Notes: generated by a model from the sequence alone, not told the origin. DNA of 64,000 bases from a virus (IMGVR_UViG_2811995030_000001:64001-128000); one strand, 5' to 3'. Numbered from the stretch's first letter, positions 9,319 to 19,761 are shown. Numbers and translations are program-made.

Positions 9319-9479
9319 ATGAACTATAAAGAATTACAAATTATCAAGCATTCACTACAAAAGTATATTAAAAGACCAGAAACAACAGAGAAAGAGGTTA
9401 CAGAAGAAAAAGGTTACTGAATAAAGTTAAAGTTATAGAGGAAGTTAATAGAATGAAAGAAGCATATGACATTAAATAA
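9319..9479 (+). pseudogene. frameshifted small phage gene
   Basis: MNYKELQIIKHSLQKYIKRP... stops at 9420; one extra A in the A-run restores ...EEKRLLNKVKVIEEVNRMKEAYDIK*. Confidence 0.5.
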
Positions 9480-9571
9480 GATAGGGAGCTGTTTAAAATG
9501 GATAAATACGAATTAAGATATTTTTGCTCAAGATGCAAAGTAGAATATGACGATGTTGAAGAAGCTATTGA

Positions 9572-9802
9572 TTGTTGTATAGAAGTTGTAAAATTAAAAC
9601 AATATTACGAGGAGGAAGAGTGATGGGGAAAGAATATATTTTAATTTTTGATAACAAAGAAAAAGAATATGTAGAAGATTATAATATAGGGACTAAGCAT
9701 GTCACAGTAGGTTTTAGAAAATACAATGCATTAAAATTTGTTGATCGTTCTGTTGCAGAATATGTAGCTGAAGTAATGGGCTGCAAGGTGGAGGCTATTT
9801 AG
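9572..9802 (+). CDS. hypothetical protein (true start probably MGKEY)
   Basis: GAGGAGG RBS before the internal ATG. Confidence 0.6.
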   Translation: MLYRSCKIKTILRGGRVMGKEYILIFDNKEKEYVEDYNIGTKHVTVGFRKYNALKFVDRSVAEYVAEVMGCKVEAI

Positions 9803-9807
9803 ATAAA

Positions 9808-10509
9808 TTGTCAAATTTATTTAAAAGTTTATCAAGGAAAGGAGATTGTTTATTGGAAGGTAAACAATGCAAGAGTTGTTTAGAATATAAAAAACTTGAA
9901 TATTTTTATGCTCAAAAAAGAAAGAGTAAAAAGAAAGGCGAGTACATGTATTATCCTCCAGAATGTAGGGAATGTACCAAAGATAGGTTTACAAGGTGGA
10001 GAAAAGAAAACGTCATATATTACAGAGCCTATATTAGACAGAGACATAAACGACAGGAAAACAAAGACTCAACTAGGAGAAGTAATGAAGAAAGAAGAAG
10101 AAATGGGAAGTATAAAGAATGGCAGCAAAACAATAGAGAAAAAATGAAAGAATATCATGAAAACAGAGCAATGAACAAAACTCATAATATAACAAAAGAT
10201 GAATGGAGAGTATGTAAAGAATATTTTGATTATAAGTGTGCCTATTGCAATATAACTGAAAATGAAGCCAAAGAGAAACAGGGAAATTATTTCCACAGAG
10301 AGCATGTGGATCACGAAGGAGCTAATGACCTATCTAATTGTGTACCAAGTTGCAAGTCTTGCAATTCGAGTAAGTATACATCTGATTTTGAACATTGGTT
10401 TAAAGAGCTGAGTGGTCTGTATACAGATGAGAAGTATAATAAAATTATTAGTTGGCTTCAAAAAGATTATAAGATGCATGTAGAAGGAGTAAAGGAGGAT
10501 TATTCATGA
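9808..10509 (+). CDS. HNH endonuclease
   Basis: N-terminal CxxC pairs; C-terminal CAYC...HREHV...NCVPSCKSCNSSK. Confidence 0.85.
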   Translation: MSNLFKSLSRKGDCLLEGKQCKSCLEYKKLEYFYAQKRKSKKKGEYMYYPPECRECTKDRFTRWRKENVIYYRAYIRQRHKRQENKDSTRRSNEERRRNGKYKEWQQNNREKMKEYHENRAMNKTHNITKDEWRVCKEYFDYKCAYCNITENEAKEKQGNYFHREHVDHEGANDLSNCVPSCKSCNSSKYTSDFEHWFKELSGLYTDEKYNKIISWLQKDYKMHVEGVKEDYS

Positions 10510-10654
10510 TTAAACAAAGAGAAATCAGTTGTGGGAACTGTGGGAATAAATATGATGATTGTATGGTGCTTACTTTAAGCTGTCCTGTGTGTTGTAGTAG
10601 CAAAAATCAGAACCCAAGATAAGCTTAAAACTAAATGAGTTAGGATGTGTACTT

Positions 10655-10852
10655 ATGGATAAGAAACGCATAATCAAACTAATGGACATTGAGCAAAGAG
10701 TGAATAAAGATAAGGAGCTAAAGGATAAGATTGTTGAAAAGTTTGAAAATAATCTTTCTACACGCAAATTAAATAAAGGTCGAGTACGTCCTAAAGATTC
10801 AAAAGAGGATGAAATTTTAAAGTCTTTTAAACGTAAAGATGGAGAGATATAA
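10655..10852 (+). CDS. hypothetical protein
   Basis: co-oriented ORF. Confidence 0.55.
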   Translation: MDKKRIIKLMDIEQRVNKDKELKDKIVEKFENNLSTRKLNKGRVRPKDSKEDEILKSFKRKDGEI

Positions 10853-11277
10853 GGAGGAGGTTAAATATGCAAACAATTGAAAAAGTTGTTTTTGATGACG
10901 GATATATAATTATAAAATATACTGATGAAACTTATGCGGAAGTATATAATTACGAAGGAGTGATGCCTGTAGTGAAAACTCAGTTTTGGGAAAAATCAGA
11001 CCAGAAAAAGTGGCACAAATTAAATTTTTGTATTGATTAAGTATGAGCTGAGTAGTTCAGTGAAATGTCATTTACTTAAAATGGAGGTTAGATATGACTT
11101 GTGTACATAAGGAAATCATAATGGTTAATGCGATAGGAAGGAAGCTTGAGAGTGGCGGTCATGAAGTAGACTTTGTCATTAGGTGTCATATATGTGATGA
11201 GGAATTATTTCGTATGGGAGAGTATAGAAAGATAATACATAACTATTCAAAGCATTAAATTATAAAGGAGGCTTGCT

Positions 11278-11493
11278 ATGCTAAAGAAAGGCGATAAAGT
11301 AGTAATGCATACTTGTATGGAAGCTGAAATACATGACGGTAAGATTTGGACTTGTAGAACAGATGAATATATTCAAGGTGAAGGAGTTTATGAGCAACGA
11401 TTAGTATTCTTAGATGGGTTTGGAAGTAGCTTTCTAGTTAAGTATTTACAAAGAGTTAATTTAGAAGGGGAGAATACATATGCAAACAGTTGA
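11278..11493 (+). CDS. conserved small phage protein
   Basis: AGGAGG RBS; GDKVVMHTC.EA...WTC motif. Confidence 0.7.
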   Translation: MLKKGDKVVMHTCMEAEIHDGKIWTCRTDEYIQGEGVYEQRLVFLDGFGSSFLVKYLQRVNLEGENTYANS

Positions 11494-11755
11494 GTTAAGT
11501 TTAAATGACGTTTCTAAGCAGCAGTTAGAAGAAATGAAGCATGCTCTAGGTATGAGTTACAAAAGTAAACCATATCGCAATTACTTTCATGTAAATGAGC
11601 CTGATGATGATTGGGAGGACTTAGTGAATAAAGGATTTGCTAAAAGAGGTACAGGAATCAACAAAGGGACATCAACTGTATATTGGTTAACTTATGCAGC
11701 CACTAAATTAGTTTATGGAAAGAGGATTTCTGAGAAGTATTATAATGAGCTTTAA
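11480..11755 (+). CDS. hypothetical protein
   Basis: MKHALG...YRNYF; RBS. Confidence 0.7.
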   Translation: MQTVELSLNDVSKQQLEEMKHALGMSYKSKPYRNYFHVNEPDDDWEDLVNKGFAKRGTGINKGTSTVYWLTYAATKLVYGKRISEKYYNEL

Positions 11756-11778
11756 TTAAATAATATATAAAAAGGAGA

Positions 11779-11988
11779 ATGATACATATGAAGCAGATTA
11801 GAAGCTATGAAGTGAAGGAGTTCACCTACAATAGTAAGACCTATAGAAATTATCATGTCGCTGATATGGAGCGAGAAGGATGGATTGAGAGCGGTCAAAT
11901 GAAACGCTTAAAACCTAACGTAAGTATTACGGATGCAACTAAAGATGACTATGAGTGGTATGCACATTTTCAAAGAGAAACTACATGA
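11779..11988 (+). CDS. hypothetical protein
   Basis: AAGGAG RBS; stop codon in the core repeat at 11986. Confidence 0.65.
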   Translation: MIHMKQIRSYEVKEFTYNSKTYRNYHVADMEREGWIESGQMKRLKPNVSITDATKDDYEWYAHFQRETT

Positions 11989-12026
11989 AATCTACTTTTC
12001 ACATAGAAATAAGGGAGGAAAATGAA

Positions 12027-12236
12027 ATGTTGAAATTAAAAAATACGATGATAGAATTTGATTATGTTAATTGGAGAGGTGAAAAGTCTAGAAGAACAGC
12101 TATGGTAGAAAATGTATGGTATGGCTCTAATGAATATCACAAAGAAGATCAATGGTTACTAGAAGCGACTGATAGAGATAAGCAAGAAATAAGGTTGTTT
12201 GCTATGAAAGATATGAGTAATATTAAGTATTGGTAA
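12027..12236 (+). CDS. stand-alone WYL-like domain protein
   Basis: FDYVNWRGEKSRR...QWLLEATDRDKQEIRLFAM; GGGAGG RBS before ATG 12027. Confidence 0.65.
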   Translation: MLKLKNTMIEFDYVNWRGEKSRRTAMVENVWYGSNEYHKEDQWLLEATDRDKQEIRLFAMKDMSNIKYW

Positions 12237-12359
12237 GCTGTAAATTGCAATAAAATATCCATTTCCTATAGAAAAATAAATTAGAGAATAATTGAAAAAG
12301 TGCTTGCAATATCAGATACAAGAGATTATAATTAAGTTAAATCAAACAAAATAAAATAC

Positions 12360-12626
12360 ATGAAAGGAGATAATCTTTTGTATCTTATTGAGTGGAAAGT
12401 TGATGGAAAGGTAAAAACATATGTTGCTGAAGGTTTCATTGAACGTAACGCAAAATTAAACGAACTAGAAGAACATAATCTAAACTATATAGTACATAAT
12501 GACAGCAAAGAATACAATCCTGAAACCTGTAATAAGTGTAAAAGGAATATCGACTTAACAGAAGCAGCTTATTATAAAGGAAACTGTAAAGACTGTTATA
12601 AAGAAAGCTTATTGGCCGAAGTGTGA
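12360..12626 (+). CDS. hypothetical protein with Cys pairs
   Basis: CNKC...CKDC; promoter TTGCAA-17-TATAAT upstream. Confidence 0.6.
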   Translation: MKGDNLLYLIEWKVDGKVKTYVAEGFIERNAKLNELEEHNLNYIVHNDSKEYNPETCNKCKRNIDLTEAAYYKGNCKDCYKESLLAEV

Positions 12627-12795
12627 GGAAGTGATCTAGATGGATAAGAAAAAGAAATACGACAAAGTTAAATGTAGACAATGTGGAAGGGAAATTGAAT
12701 TGAAGGAACATATCAATAGATGTAAATGCGGTGCAATAACTAAATTACTAAAGTATTGATAAAAAATTGATTTTAAATAGAGGAGGAGAAGTAGA

Positions 12796-13068
12796 ATGAA
12801 TGTAAAAAGAGAAGGGTTTGCCCTAGTTACTTTAGAAGGTGAGTATTTAACGTTTGAACAAGTCGCAGAAAGAGATATAGAAGTGTACGCTGTAGAGAAC
12901 GCAGATGAGGCTGACCTATTCAACACAGAAATGGAAGCTAATGAAATTGCATTAGATATTCTTAAAGAAAGGTCACAGTGGAATTACCTTTTAGAATCCA
13001 CTAATAATCCTGTTTCAATTGTGAAGGTAATCAAGGAATTAAAAATAGAAAAGACAAAAGAACTTTAG
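12796..13068 (+). CDS. hypothetical protein between core repeats 12760 and 13070
   Basis: AGGAGG RBS. Confidence 0.7.
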   Translation: MNVKREGFALVTLEGEYLTFEQVAERDIEVYAVENADEADLFNTEMEANEIALDILKERSQWNYLLESTNNPVSIVKVIKELKIEKTKEL

Positions 13069-13256
13069 GTAAAAAGTTAATTTTAAATGAAATAAATTAC
13101 TCTTAGGTGGTGTGTGTATGGGGGCTGTGACATAAAGTTAATAAATTATTCATATTAGAAAGTAATTTATTAACTCAACTAACCCAATTTTTGTTAATAT
13201 GTCTTTAGGACTATTATAATAGTTCTATCACATATTTACGGAAAGAGTGGGAAGAA

Positions 13257-13928
13257 GTGGAGCGAGAAAAGTTGTCTGAGGAAATAAGTATTGCGTACAC
13301 AGATCATCTAAGTGTGATTATTGAAATTGAGGAGAAAGGAATTAAGAAGGAATTTGAGCTAACTAATTCGCAAATGAGTTTGCTTGTAGCTGCTTTTATT
13401 AAGAGAAGACAAAGCACTGAATGGACAGAGAATTTAGAAAAGGAAGTTATTGAAGAGATTGTTAGTTATCTAGACAAACAAATGACTTTTGCAGAAATAT
13501 TAGAAAGGACTGCTTATAAATTCAATGTACCAAAAATTATAATTAAGAAAAGATGGGTGGGAGAAGGTGAGTATCCTTGCTTAAAGGATAAGTATGATAT
13601 AGCTGTTGAGGAGTACAGAAGAAAGAATGAAAGAAAATGGACTGAAGAGGATTTAGATTATATGCAACACTCTATAGAAGAATATCTGGAGTATGGAGGC
13701 ACATCCATAGCAAAGAAACTCAAAGACTTGGCTGATGAGTTTGGTGTGAAGTTAGGAGAAATAGAAAAAATATGGCATGGATTTCAAGGTGCTCCAAGTA
13801 TAAGGGATCGTATGAGTTTTAATCCATATAGAGCAGAAAGACAAAATAAAGCAGGTGACAGAAGAGGTGAAAGGGTTAATCCAATTGATAATTTCTTTAA
13901 AAAGTACCATAGTTATGAAGGAACTTAG
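13257..13928 (+). CDS. putative DNA-binding protein with two Myb/RsfA-like repeats
   Basis: WTENLEKEV...KKRW and WTEEDLDYM...EKIW. Confidence 0.5.
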   Translation: MEREKLSEEISIAYTDHLSVIIEIEEKGIKKEFELTNSQMSLLVAAFIKRRQSTEWTENLEKEVIEEIVSYLDKQMTFAEILERTAYKFNVPKIIIKKRWVGEGEYPCLKDKYDIAVEEYRRKNERKWTEEDLDYMQHSIEEYLEYGGTSIAKKLKDLADEFGVKLGEIEKIWHGFQGAPSIRDRMSFNPYRAERQNKAGDRRGERVNPIDNFFKKYHSYEGT

Positions 13929-13974
13929 GTTTATATAATCTATTAAATTACTAACTATAAAAGGGGAGAATTTC

Positions 13975-14976
13975 ATGAAGAAATTAGGAGTATTTGCCGT
14001 AGCATCAGCTTTATGTTTCACTTTAACAGCTTGTGGAGATTCAGGAGAAACTAAAAATAGTGGTAATGAATCACAAGAAGAAAAAGCAAATGAGAAAAAA
14101 GATGTAAAGACGATTAAGGAAGAAGCAAAAACATATACTTATGATGAGCTTAAGGATAAAAAAGCTAAAAAAGGAGCTTCTGTTAAAATTGAAGGTAAAG
14201 TTATTACATCAGATGAAGTAGAGGATGACGATGCAGTCACTAAGTCAACTTATTTCAATGTTCAACCTAAAGAAGCAGAGGAAGATAGTTCAGATGTATT
14301 TGTAGTTAGAAATGATTCAAAAGATAAGTTTAAGATTGATGATAACGCTACGATTTATGGTACTTATGTAGGCCTTGATGAATTCTCAGATGAGCCAACT
14401 GTTGAAGCTGTATCTGTAGAGAATGAAGCTTCTGCAATGAAGAAAGATGGATGGGAAGAGACTGACGCAGGTTTTATGAAGCCTGTAGGGTACGGATATA
14501 ATGATGAAGTTGGCATAGATGGAACAGACGCACCTATAAAACCTGTGCAGTTTGGCTCTATGCAACTATATATCAAGAATATGAGTGTATATGACCTTCG
14601 ACCAAATGAAGATAGTCTATATGAATTTGATAACCAAGAGCAAGTAAGAGTAGTTTTAGTTGATATGAAAGTTAAAAATACAGCCGATCAGGATATTACA
14701 TTCTATCCAGATCAAGCGATTTTGACTACAGATACAGGGGAACAAGTGGAATCCGATTTATTAGGCGATGATTTAGGCGGTGACTTCTTAGGGAAAGTTG
14801 AAAAAGAAGGTATGGCAATGTGGGTGCTTAAAGATCATGAAAAAGAATTGAAGAATATTAAAATGATTATCTCTCCACCTTATGGAATGGATAGTATAGA
14901 AGATATTGGTCAAGAAAAACGCTTGGACTTTGAAATTTTAAATCCAAAAGATGCAAAAGAAAGGGATGCTAAATAA
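13975..14976 (+). CDS. lipoprotein (OB-fold-like plus DUF4352-like domains)
   Basis: lipobox LTAC; VKNTADQDITFYPDQAILTTDTGEQ. Confidence 0.75.
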   Translation: MKKLGVFAVASALCFTLTACGDSGETKNSGNESQEEKANEKKDVKTIKEEAKTYTYDELKDKKAKKGASVKIEGKVITSDEVEDDDAVTKSTYFNVQPKEAEEDSSDVFVVRNDSKDKFKIDDNATIYGTYVGLDEFSDEPTVEAVSVENEASAMKKDGWEETDAGFMKPVGYGYNDEVGIDGTDAPIKPVQFGSMQLYIKNMSVYDLRPNEDSLYEFDNQEQVRVVLVDMKVKNTADQDITFYPDQAILTTDTGEQVESDLLGDDLGGDFLGKVEKEGMAMWVLKDHEKELKNIKMIISPPYGMDSIEDIGQEKRLDFEILNPKDAKERDAK

Positions 14977-15323
14977 TGAAACGTACAACTGAATTTACAT
15001 TGGGATTAATTGGTGGAATTTTTGGAATCTTGTTTGCCTTCGCTGCTCTCTTTATGGGTGTAATTGATTCAGCATTAAACGCAAGTGGCACTAGTTCTCT
15101 TACTGGTCTTGGATGGGGAGCAGTAATCATGTCTATCATAGGAATTATTGGATCAGTTATTGTAAAAAGTAAAGCAAAACTAGGTGGAGCGCTTATGTTG
15201 ATCGCTGCGATTGGTGGATTCATCTGCATTTCAATGTTCTATATTATATCAGGTGTTTTATTACTAATTGCTGGTATTATGGGATTAGTGAGAAAAGATA
15301 AAAGTAAATCAATGTCTGCATAA
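14976..15323 (+). CDS. membrane protein (DUF4064-like)
   Basis: MKRTTEFTLGLIGGIFGI; several TM helices. Confidence 0.75.
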   Translation: MKRTTEFTLGLIGGIFGILFAFAALFMGVIDSALNASGTSSLTGLGWGAVIMSIIGIIGSVIVKSKAKLGGALMLIAAIGGFICISMFYIISGVLLLIAGIMGLVRKDKSKSMSA

Positions 15324-15443
15324 GAAATACTAATAAGGAAGCTCACTCAAAAGGTGGGCTTCTAAATACATAATGCAAGTATTTTATATAAAGTGTTAAT
15401 AAATAAAATAGCGTGTATACTAACACTAAAGGAGTGGATAAGA

Positions 15444-15629
15444 ATGGCTATTTCAAGAGAGCGTTTAGATGAAATTTTAGATCGCCTTTCAGAAGATAAA
15501 CTTAAATTAGTTGAAAAATATGCTGAAACACTGATTAAAGAGGATGAGTTTGATAAAGATTTTGAGGAAGCTTTTGAGTATGGTATTAAGAAATACGACA
15601 AAGCTCTCAAAAGACTGGTGGATAAATAA
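15444..15629 (+). CDS. putative antitoxin for Doc
   Basis: translationally coupled to doc; C-terminal YDKALKRLVDK. Confidence 0.65.
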   Translation: MAISRERLDEILDRLSEDKLKLVEKYAETLIKEDEFDKDFEEAFEYGIKKYDKALKRLVDK

Positions 15630-16033
15630 TGATTAAATATCTTACAGTCAGTCAAGTAATTAAAATTAATGAGCGTATGATTCTTATGTACAACGATAAG
15701 GAACAAATAGGAGTTAAAGACTTATCTCTACTAGAGTCAGCAGTAAACAGGCCTAAACAATCAATCTTTCTTGAGGATGCTTATAAATCTATATTTGAGA
15801 AGGCTGTAGCTTTATTTGAATCCATTGCTAAAAATCACGCCTTCCACAACGGTAATAAAAGAACAGCTCTTATGTGCTTAGTTGTATTTTTAAAGATGAA
15901 TGAAGTAGAGTTTATTATGGACGACAATGAAGCTGATGATTTTGTTGTTGATGTAGTAAATAAGAAATTAGATTTCTATGAAATTGTAAAGGTAGTTAAA
16001 GAGAATTGTATGGTTGATGGTCAAAGATTATAA
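15629..16033 (+). CDS. doc: Doc/Fic family toxin
   Basis: LLESAVNRP and HAFHNGNKRT Fic/Doc motif. Confidence 0.9.
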   Translation: MIKYLTVSQVIKINERMILMYNDKEQIGVKDLSLLESAVNRPKQSIFLEDAYKSIFEKAVALFESIAKNHAFHNGNKRTALMCLVVFLKMNEVEFIMDDNEADDFVVDVVNKKLDFYEIVKVVKENCMVDGQRL

Positions 16034-16235
16034 AATAAACCTTGTCTTAGAAATGAGGCTGTTAAATATGGTACGTGACTTTAAAATAGGTGACAAAATA
16101 ATAAGAAAACGTGACGGAAAGTTATTTACTTATATAGGCACAGATGATTCAGACGATGATAACTATGGTCATGTTAAAGAAATGTTAGTTCCTGTTTATT
16201 TACCTGATTTTGAAAAAGTAGAAGATAAACAATAA
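16014..16235 (+). CDS. hypothetical protein (true start probably MVRDF)
   Basis: GAGG RBS after the core repeat. Confidence 0.55.
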   Translation: MMVKDYKINLVLEMRLLNMVRDFKIGDKIIRKRDGKLFTYIGTDDSDDDNYGHVKEMLVPVYLPDFEKVEDKQ

Positions 16236-16248
16236 GGAGAGTTATTAA

Positions 16249-16545
16249 ATGACACAAAATAATCAGTCAGACGAATTTAAAGAGTATATTGGAAGAGAGT
16301 ATCAAAAAATAAGTCAAAAGTATAATCAAATAAAAAGAGATTTATTAGAATATATGGGTTATGATGATGCTTTTCTTACGACTAAGGCAGGTTATAGGAA
16401 GCAAACTAAAAATCAGTTAATTGAAACTGTATTTCAACAACGTGCCATGATACGTAGATTATTAGAAGAGTTAGATGAGGATAAGAGAGCAAAGTTAGTA
16501 AATGAATTAGATGAGTTTTATATGGAGAGAGATAATTCTAAGTAA
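16249..16545 (+). CDS. hypothetical protein
   Basis: AAGGAG RBS. Confidence 0.65.
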   Translation: MTQNNQSDEFKEYIGREYQKISQKYNQIKRDLLEYMGYDDAFLTTKAGYRKQTKNQLIETVFQQRAMIRRLLEELDEDKRAKLVNELDEFYMERDNSK

Positions 16546-16569
16546 GATAATGCATGAAGGAGAATTATT

Positions 16570-16929
16570 ATGATTGAAAAAGATATTGATGTCCTAGTAG
16601 GCGAAAGATTAGCGTATCTCAGGAATAAAAAAGGCTATACCATGAGAAAGGTTGCAGAGGCTCTTAGTATTGATCCTAGCTATATTAGCCGTATAGAAAA
16701 AGGGCATATTCCATCTATCAAAATTTTGCAGTCATTTGCAGAATTGTATGAGGTTAAACTGTCAGACTTATTGGAGAGTGGAGACGGTGTTTCTTCAATC
16801 AAAATAGAAGTAGAATATGAATGGTTTGAATTTGTAGAGACGATGAAATAAAGAGATATGAGTCCTGAACAGATTATTAAATACTTAGATACTGTCGAGG
16901 GGATAAAAAGAGACTTGAAAAATCTATAA
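16570..16929 (+). pseudogene. XRE/SinR-like repressor with a probable premature stop at 16849
   Basis: HTH SYISRIEKGHIPS; the frame continues after TAA as RDMSPEQIIKYLD...NL*, resembling a SinR-type dimerisation tail. Confidence 0.6.
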
Positions 16930-16963
16930 GAAATAATGTTTTTAACTAGAAAGGGGTAGATAT

Positions 16964-17278
16964 ATGGGAAGAGCAATAGTAACAAATTATAAGGATAAGT
17001 GGGCTTTGTATTCATCCATTGTTGAGGATAGTATTGTAGAATTTAAAACAGAAGACGAACTAAAGGCTTACATGGCTAGGGAAATGGTTTACGAGGGAAA
17101 ATTGAAAGCGATTGAGTTATTGATGGATTTCCCTCACAGATTAGTAGTCAATGATTCTGTTCAAGTATGCCCAATGAAGCTTCAATATCATAATTGGTAC
17201 ACAAGACTTTTAGCAACCACTACTGATGAAGAGTATTTTAGGTGTATTGACAGTAAATTGAATGAACTAATGAATTAA
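16964..17278 (+). CDS. hypothetical protein
   Basis: ORF with RBS. Confidence 0.65.
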   Translation: MGRAIVTNYKDKWALYSSIVEDSIVEFKTEDELKAYMAREMVYEGKLKAIELLMDFPHRLVVNDSVQVCPMKLQYHNWYTRLLATTTDEEYFRCIDSKLNELMN

Positions 17279-17320
17279 ATAAAGCTAAACAGCCTTATAT
17301 AGAAAGGGGAGTATTTAATT

Positions 17321-17653
17321 ATGATTATAGATTCACCGTTGTTTAAGGATTTTCCTAAAGTTGCTTTAACTGCTGATAATTATGGCTTTACATATGAGGA
17401 TATTTCATACTTGATGGATATAGTTAGGCTTGATCCATATTGCCAACAACGCTATAGAGGTGAAGGCTCTATTGAAATTGCATTAAAGACTATCATATTT
17501 CGTTTAGACCTTAAAAAAGAAGCGTTTTATAATTTTGTATCGACTTTGCAAGCAAAAGACTATGAGGACATGGAACATTTGTCATTCTTAGTGGGGAAAT
17601 ATCATCTTGCTGAATTTGTAGCAATAGTAAATGCTTTAGGCAATGTAAAATGA
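17321..17653 (+). CDS. hypothetical protein
   Basis: ORF with RBS. Confidence 0.65.
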   Translation: MIIDSPLFKDFPKVALTADNYGFTYEDISYLMDIVRLDPYCQQRYRGEGSIEIALKTIIFRLDLKKEAFYNFVSTLQAKDYEDMEHLSFLVGKYHLAEFVAIVNALGNVK

Positions 17654-17687
17654 GTCTTTTACACGATAATCAAGGGGGAAATATGTT

Positions 17688-18518
17688 GTGAAGAGTATCT
17701 TAAAGTGGATTCCTATAGTGGGAATCTTATTTTTTGTTGTGGGTTGCTCAGGAAAAGAAGTTCCAAAAGGGTTTAGTGAAGAAAGTTATGATGAATTTGT
17801 AAGTATATATGAAGATTTTCAGAAGGCGAAAGATAAAGAAAAGGAATATCCAACAGATAAATTGGAGTTTATAGATGAATATGCTAAGAAAGAGAAAGAT
17901 GGAGAGTTGACTAAAAAAGAAGCTATGACATTTGGAAATTTAGGGATGTTGGTATTGATCTATAATGTTCCTTTTACAGATGAAGGTTATGAGGAAAATT
18001 TAAGGAAGGTGAATGGTATAGAAGGTGTTTATGCTTCGCAAACTGTAGAAGACTATGAGAAAGAAGTCACCAATCTCTTAGGAATTGAGAATGAATCTTC
18101 AAATTCAGATAAAGGTGAGAAGAAGGAAGAGCCTGTTGAAGAGGAAGTAGCTGAAGATAATGGAGAAACAATTGCGAAAAAAGAACTGTATGCTGTTGCT
18201 TCAAATTTCCTTGAAAATTTACTTGGAGCGCCTGATCGTATAATTCCAGCAGACTATACTAATTCAGTAGTTCAGAAAAGAGAAGACGGCTTATATTATA
18301 TTTCCTCTTCATACACTGTAACAGGAACTGGAGCGCAACCTAATACGTATTATGAATATGAAATGCTTGTAGATGAACAAGGGAACTTTAAAGACGCTTA
18401 TATGCCTAACACAATAGGGAGATATAACCGTCCTATTGTTTATGATAAATTAAAAGCTGCTGGTATGATGACAGAGGAGCTAGAGGCTAAGTCCTATACA
18501 ATACCAATGGTGCAGTAA
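17688..18518 (+). CDS. lipoprotein
   Basis: signal peptide with lipobox VVGC; flanked by core repeats 17646 and 18528. Confidence 0.8.
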   Translation: MKSILKWIPIVGILFFVVGCSGKEVPKGFSEESYDEFVSIYEDFQKAKDKEKEYPTDKLEFIDEYAKKEKDGELTKKEAMTFGNLGMLVLIYNVPFTDEGYEENLRKVNGIEGVYASQTVEDYEKEVTNLLGIENESSNSDKGEKKEEPVEEEVAEDNGETIAKKELYAVASNFLENLLGAPDRIIPADYTNSVVQKREDGLYYISSSYTVTGTGAQPNTYYEYEMLVDEQGNFKDAYMPNTIGRYNRPIVYDKLKAAGMMTEELEAKSYTIPMVQ

Positions 18519-18546
18519 TAAACTGAATAAGATACAAATTTTAACT

Positions 18547-18576
18547 AGAGATTGCTAATTCAGCAGTCTCTTTTTT
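18547..18576 (+). terminator. intrinsic terminator
   Basis: AGAGATTGCT-aattc-AGCAGTCTCT followed by a T-tract. Confidence 0.75.
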
Positions 18577-18634
18577 ATCGGTGAAAATAGTCTCTCAAAC
18601 TTTTTTGCTAAAAATCTGAAAAATTTATAAAAAA

Positions 18635-18656
18635 GTACTATACAATGTACTATACA
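18635..18656 (+). promoter_or_regulatory. direct repeat GTACTATACA x2, putative operator
   Basis: two exact 10-mers with a 12-nt period upstream of 18731. Confidence 0.5.
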
Positions 18657-18730
18657 TTTGGTAATATAAATCTCGTGGGGAAAATACTTCCTTAACAAAA
18701 AAACTCGATAACCGAAAGGGGAAATGATTT

Positions 18731-19507
18731 ATGGAATTTAAGTCTGCAATCTTAACAAAGGTATTAGTTGGTGGAGGAATTTCGCTTGGAGCTTTAGGAT
18801 TACTTTGGACTGGAACTCCTTACCTTGATGGAGCTAAACAATTCATCGACAAAAATGTAGTGGATATTGGTGATTACGAAGAGAACGAAAATAAATTAGT
18901 GGCTTTAATTAACAGCCTAAAGAAAGATGCTGATGCACAAGTTGCTAAAGCTAATGGAATTATCTCTGAGAAGAATGGTTCTATCGCAGGACTTGAAGGG
19001 GATAAGGCGGAATTAGCAAAAGAAATCTCTACTCTTAATCTAGAAAATGCTTCACTTAAAGAAACTTTAGAAAGCACTAAAGCAGAATTAGAAAAAGCAA
19101 ATGCTGATATTGCTGGTAAAGAAGGAGAACTTACAGCTCTACAAGCTGAGCTAGATTCTAAGATTGCTGATTTAGATAAAGCTACAGCACAAATTGCTGA
19201 ATTGACAGCTCAGAATGAAGACCTTAAAGCACAAGTTGCTAAACTTACAGCAGAAAACGCTGATCTTAAAGATACAATCACTTGGGGAGCTGGTAAAGCA
19301 AAACAGGTTGATGAGAATGTAGCTAAAGTTGAAGGCGAAATCAAGAAGGCTAACACAGAGGCTGAAGCTTTAGGAGAAGCTACAGAAGCTGCTGAAGCTC
19401 AAGTTGAAGGCAAAGAGCCTATGACAGACGAGGAAATCGATGCAATTGATACTAATGTAACAGAAGTAGTTGATGGCCAACAGCCAGCAGAACAACCTGC
19501 TCAATAA
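18731..19507 (+). CDS. membrane-anchored coiled-coil protein
   Basis: N-terminal hydrophobic segment and long heptad repeats. Confidence 0.75.
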   Translation: MEFKSAILTKVLVGGGISLGALGLLWTGTPYLDGAKQFIDKNVVDIGDYEENENKLVALINSLKKDADAQVAKANGIISEKNGSIAGLEGDKAELAKEISTLNLENASLKETLESTKAELEKANADIAGKEGELTALQAELDSKIADLDKATAQIAELTAQNEDLKAQVAKLTAENADLKDTITWGAGKAKQVDENVAKVEGEIKKANTEAEALGEATEAAEAQVEGKEPMTDEEIDAIDTNVTEVVDGQQPAEQPAQ

Positions 19508-19536
19508 TTAAAGGAAAACAGGTAGCTACCAACCAC

Positions 19537-19761
19537 CTATTTATCCTTATCAGATAAAGCTTCAATAACAGCATCTTTCACAAGTCGCTTTAGTCGGTTG
19601 TCTTGTGAGGATGCTGTTTTTACATTTCTAATAACTATTTCCTGCGTTAAGGAGTCGTAGAATACGTCTACTTCATTCTCTACTCCCATCTCTTTAAGAG
19701 CTTTCTTAGGCAGGTAAACAGCTTTAGAATTGCCAATATCCATTAGTTTCTTACTAGCCAT
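19537..19761 (-). CDS. AbrB/MazE-like DNA-binding protein
   Basis: KLMDIGNSKAVYLPKKALKEMG; GGAGGAGG RBS. Confidence 0.8.
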   Translation of the reverse strand: MASKKLMDIGNSKAVYLPKKALKEMGVENEVDVFYDSLTQEIVIRNVKTASSQDNRLKRLVKDAVIEALSDKDK

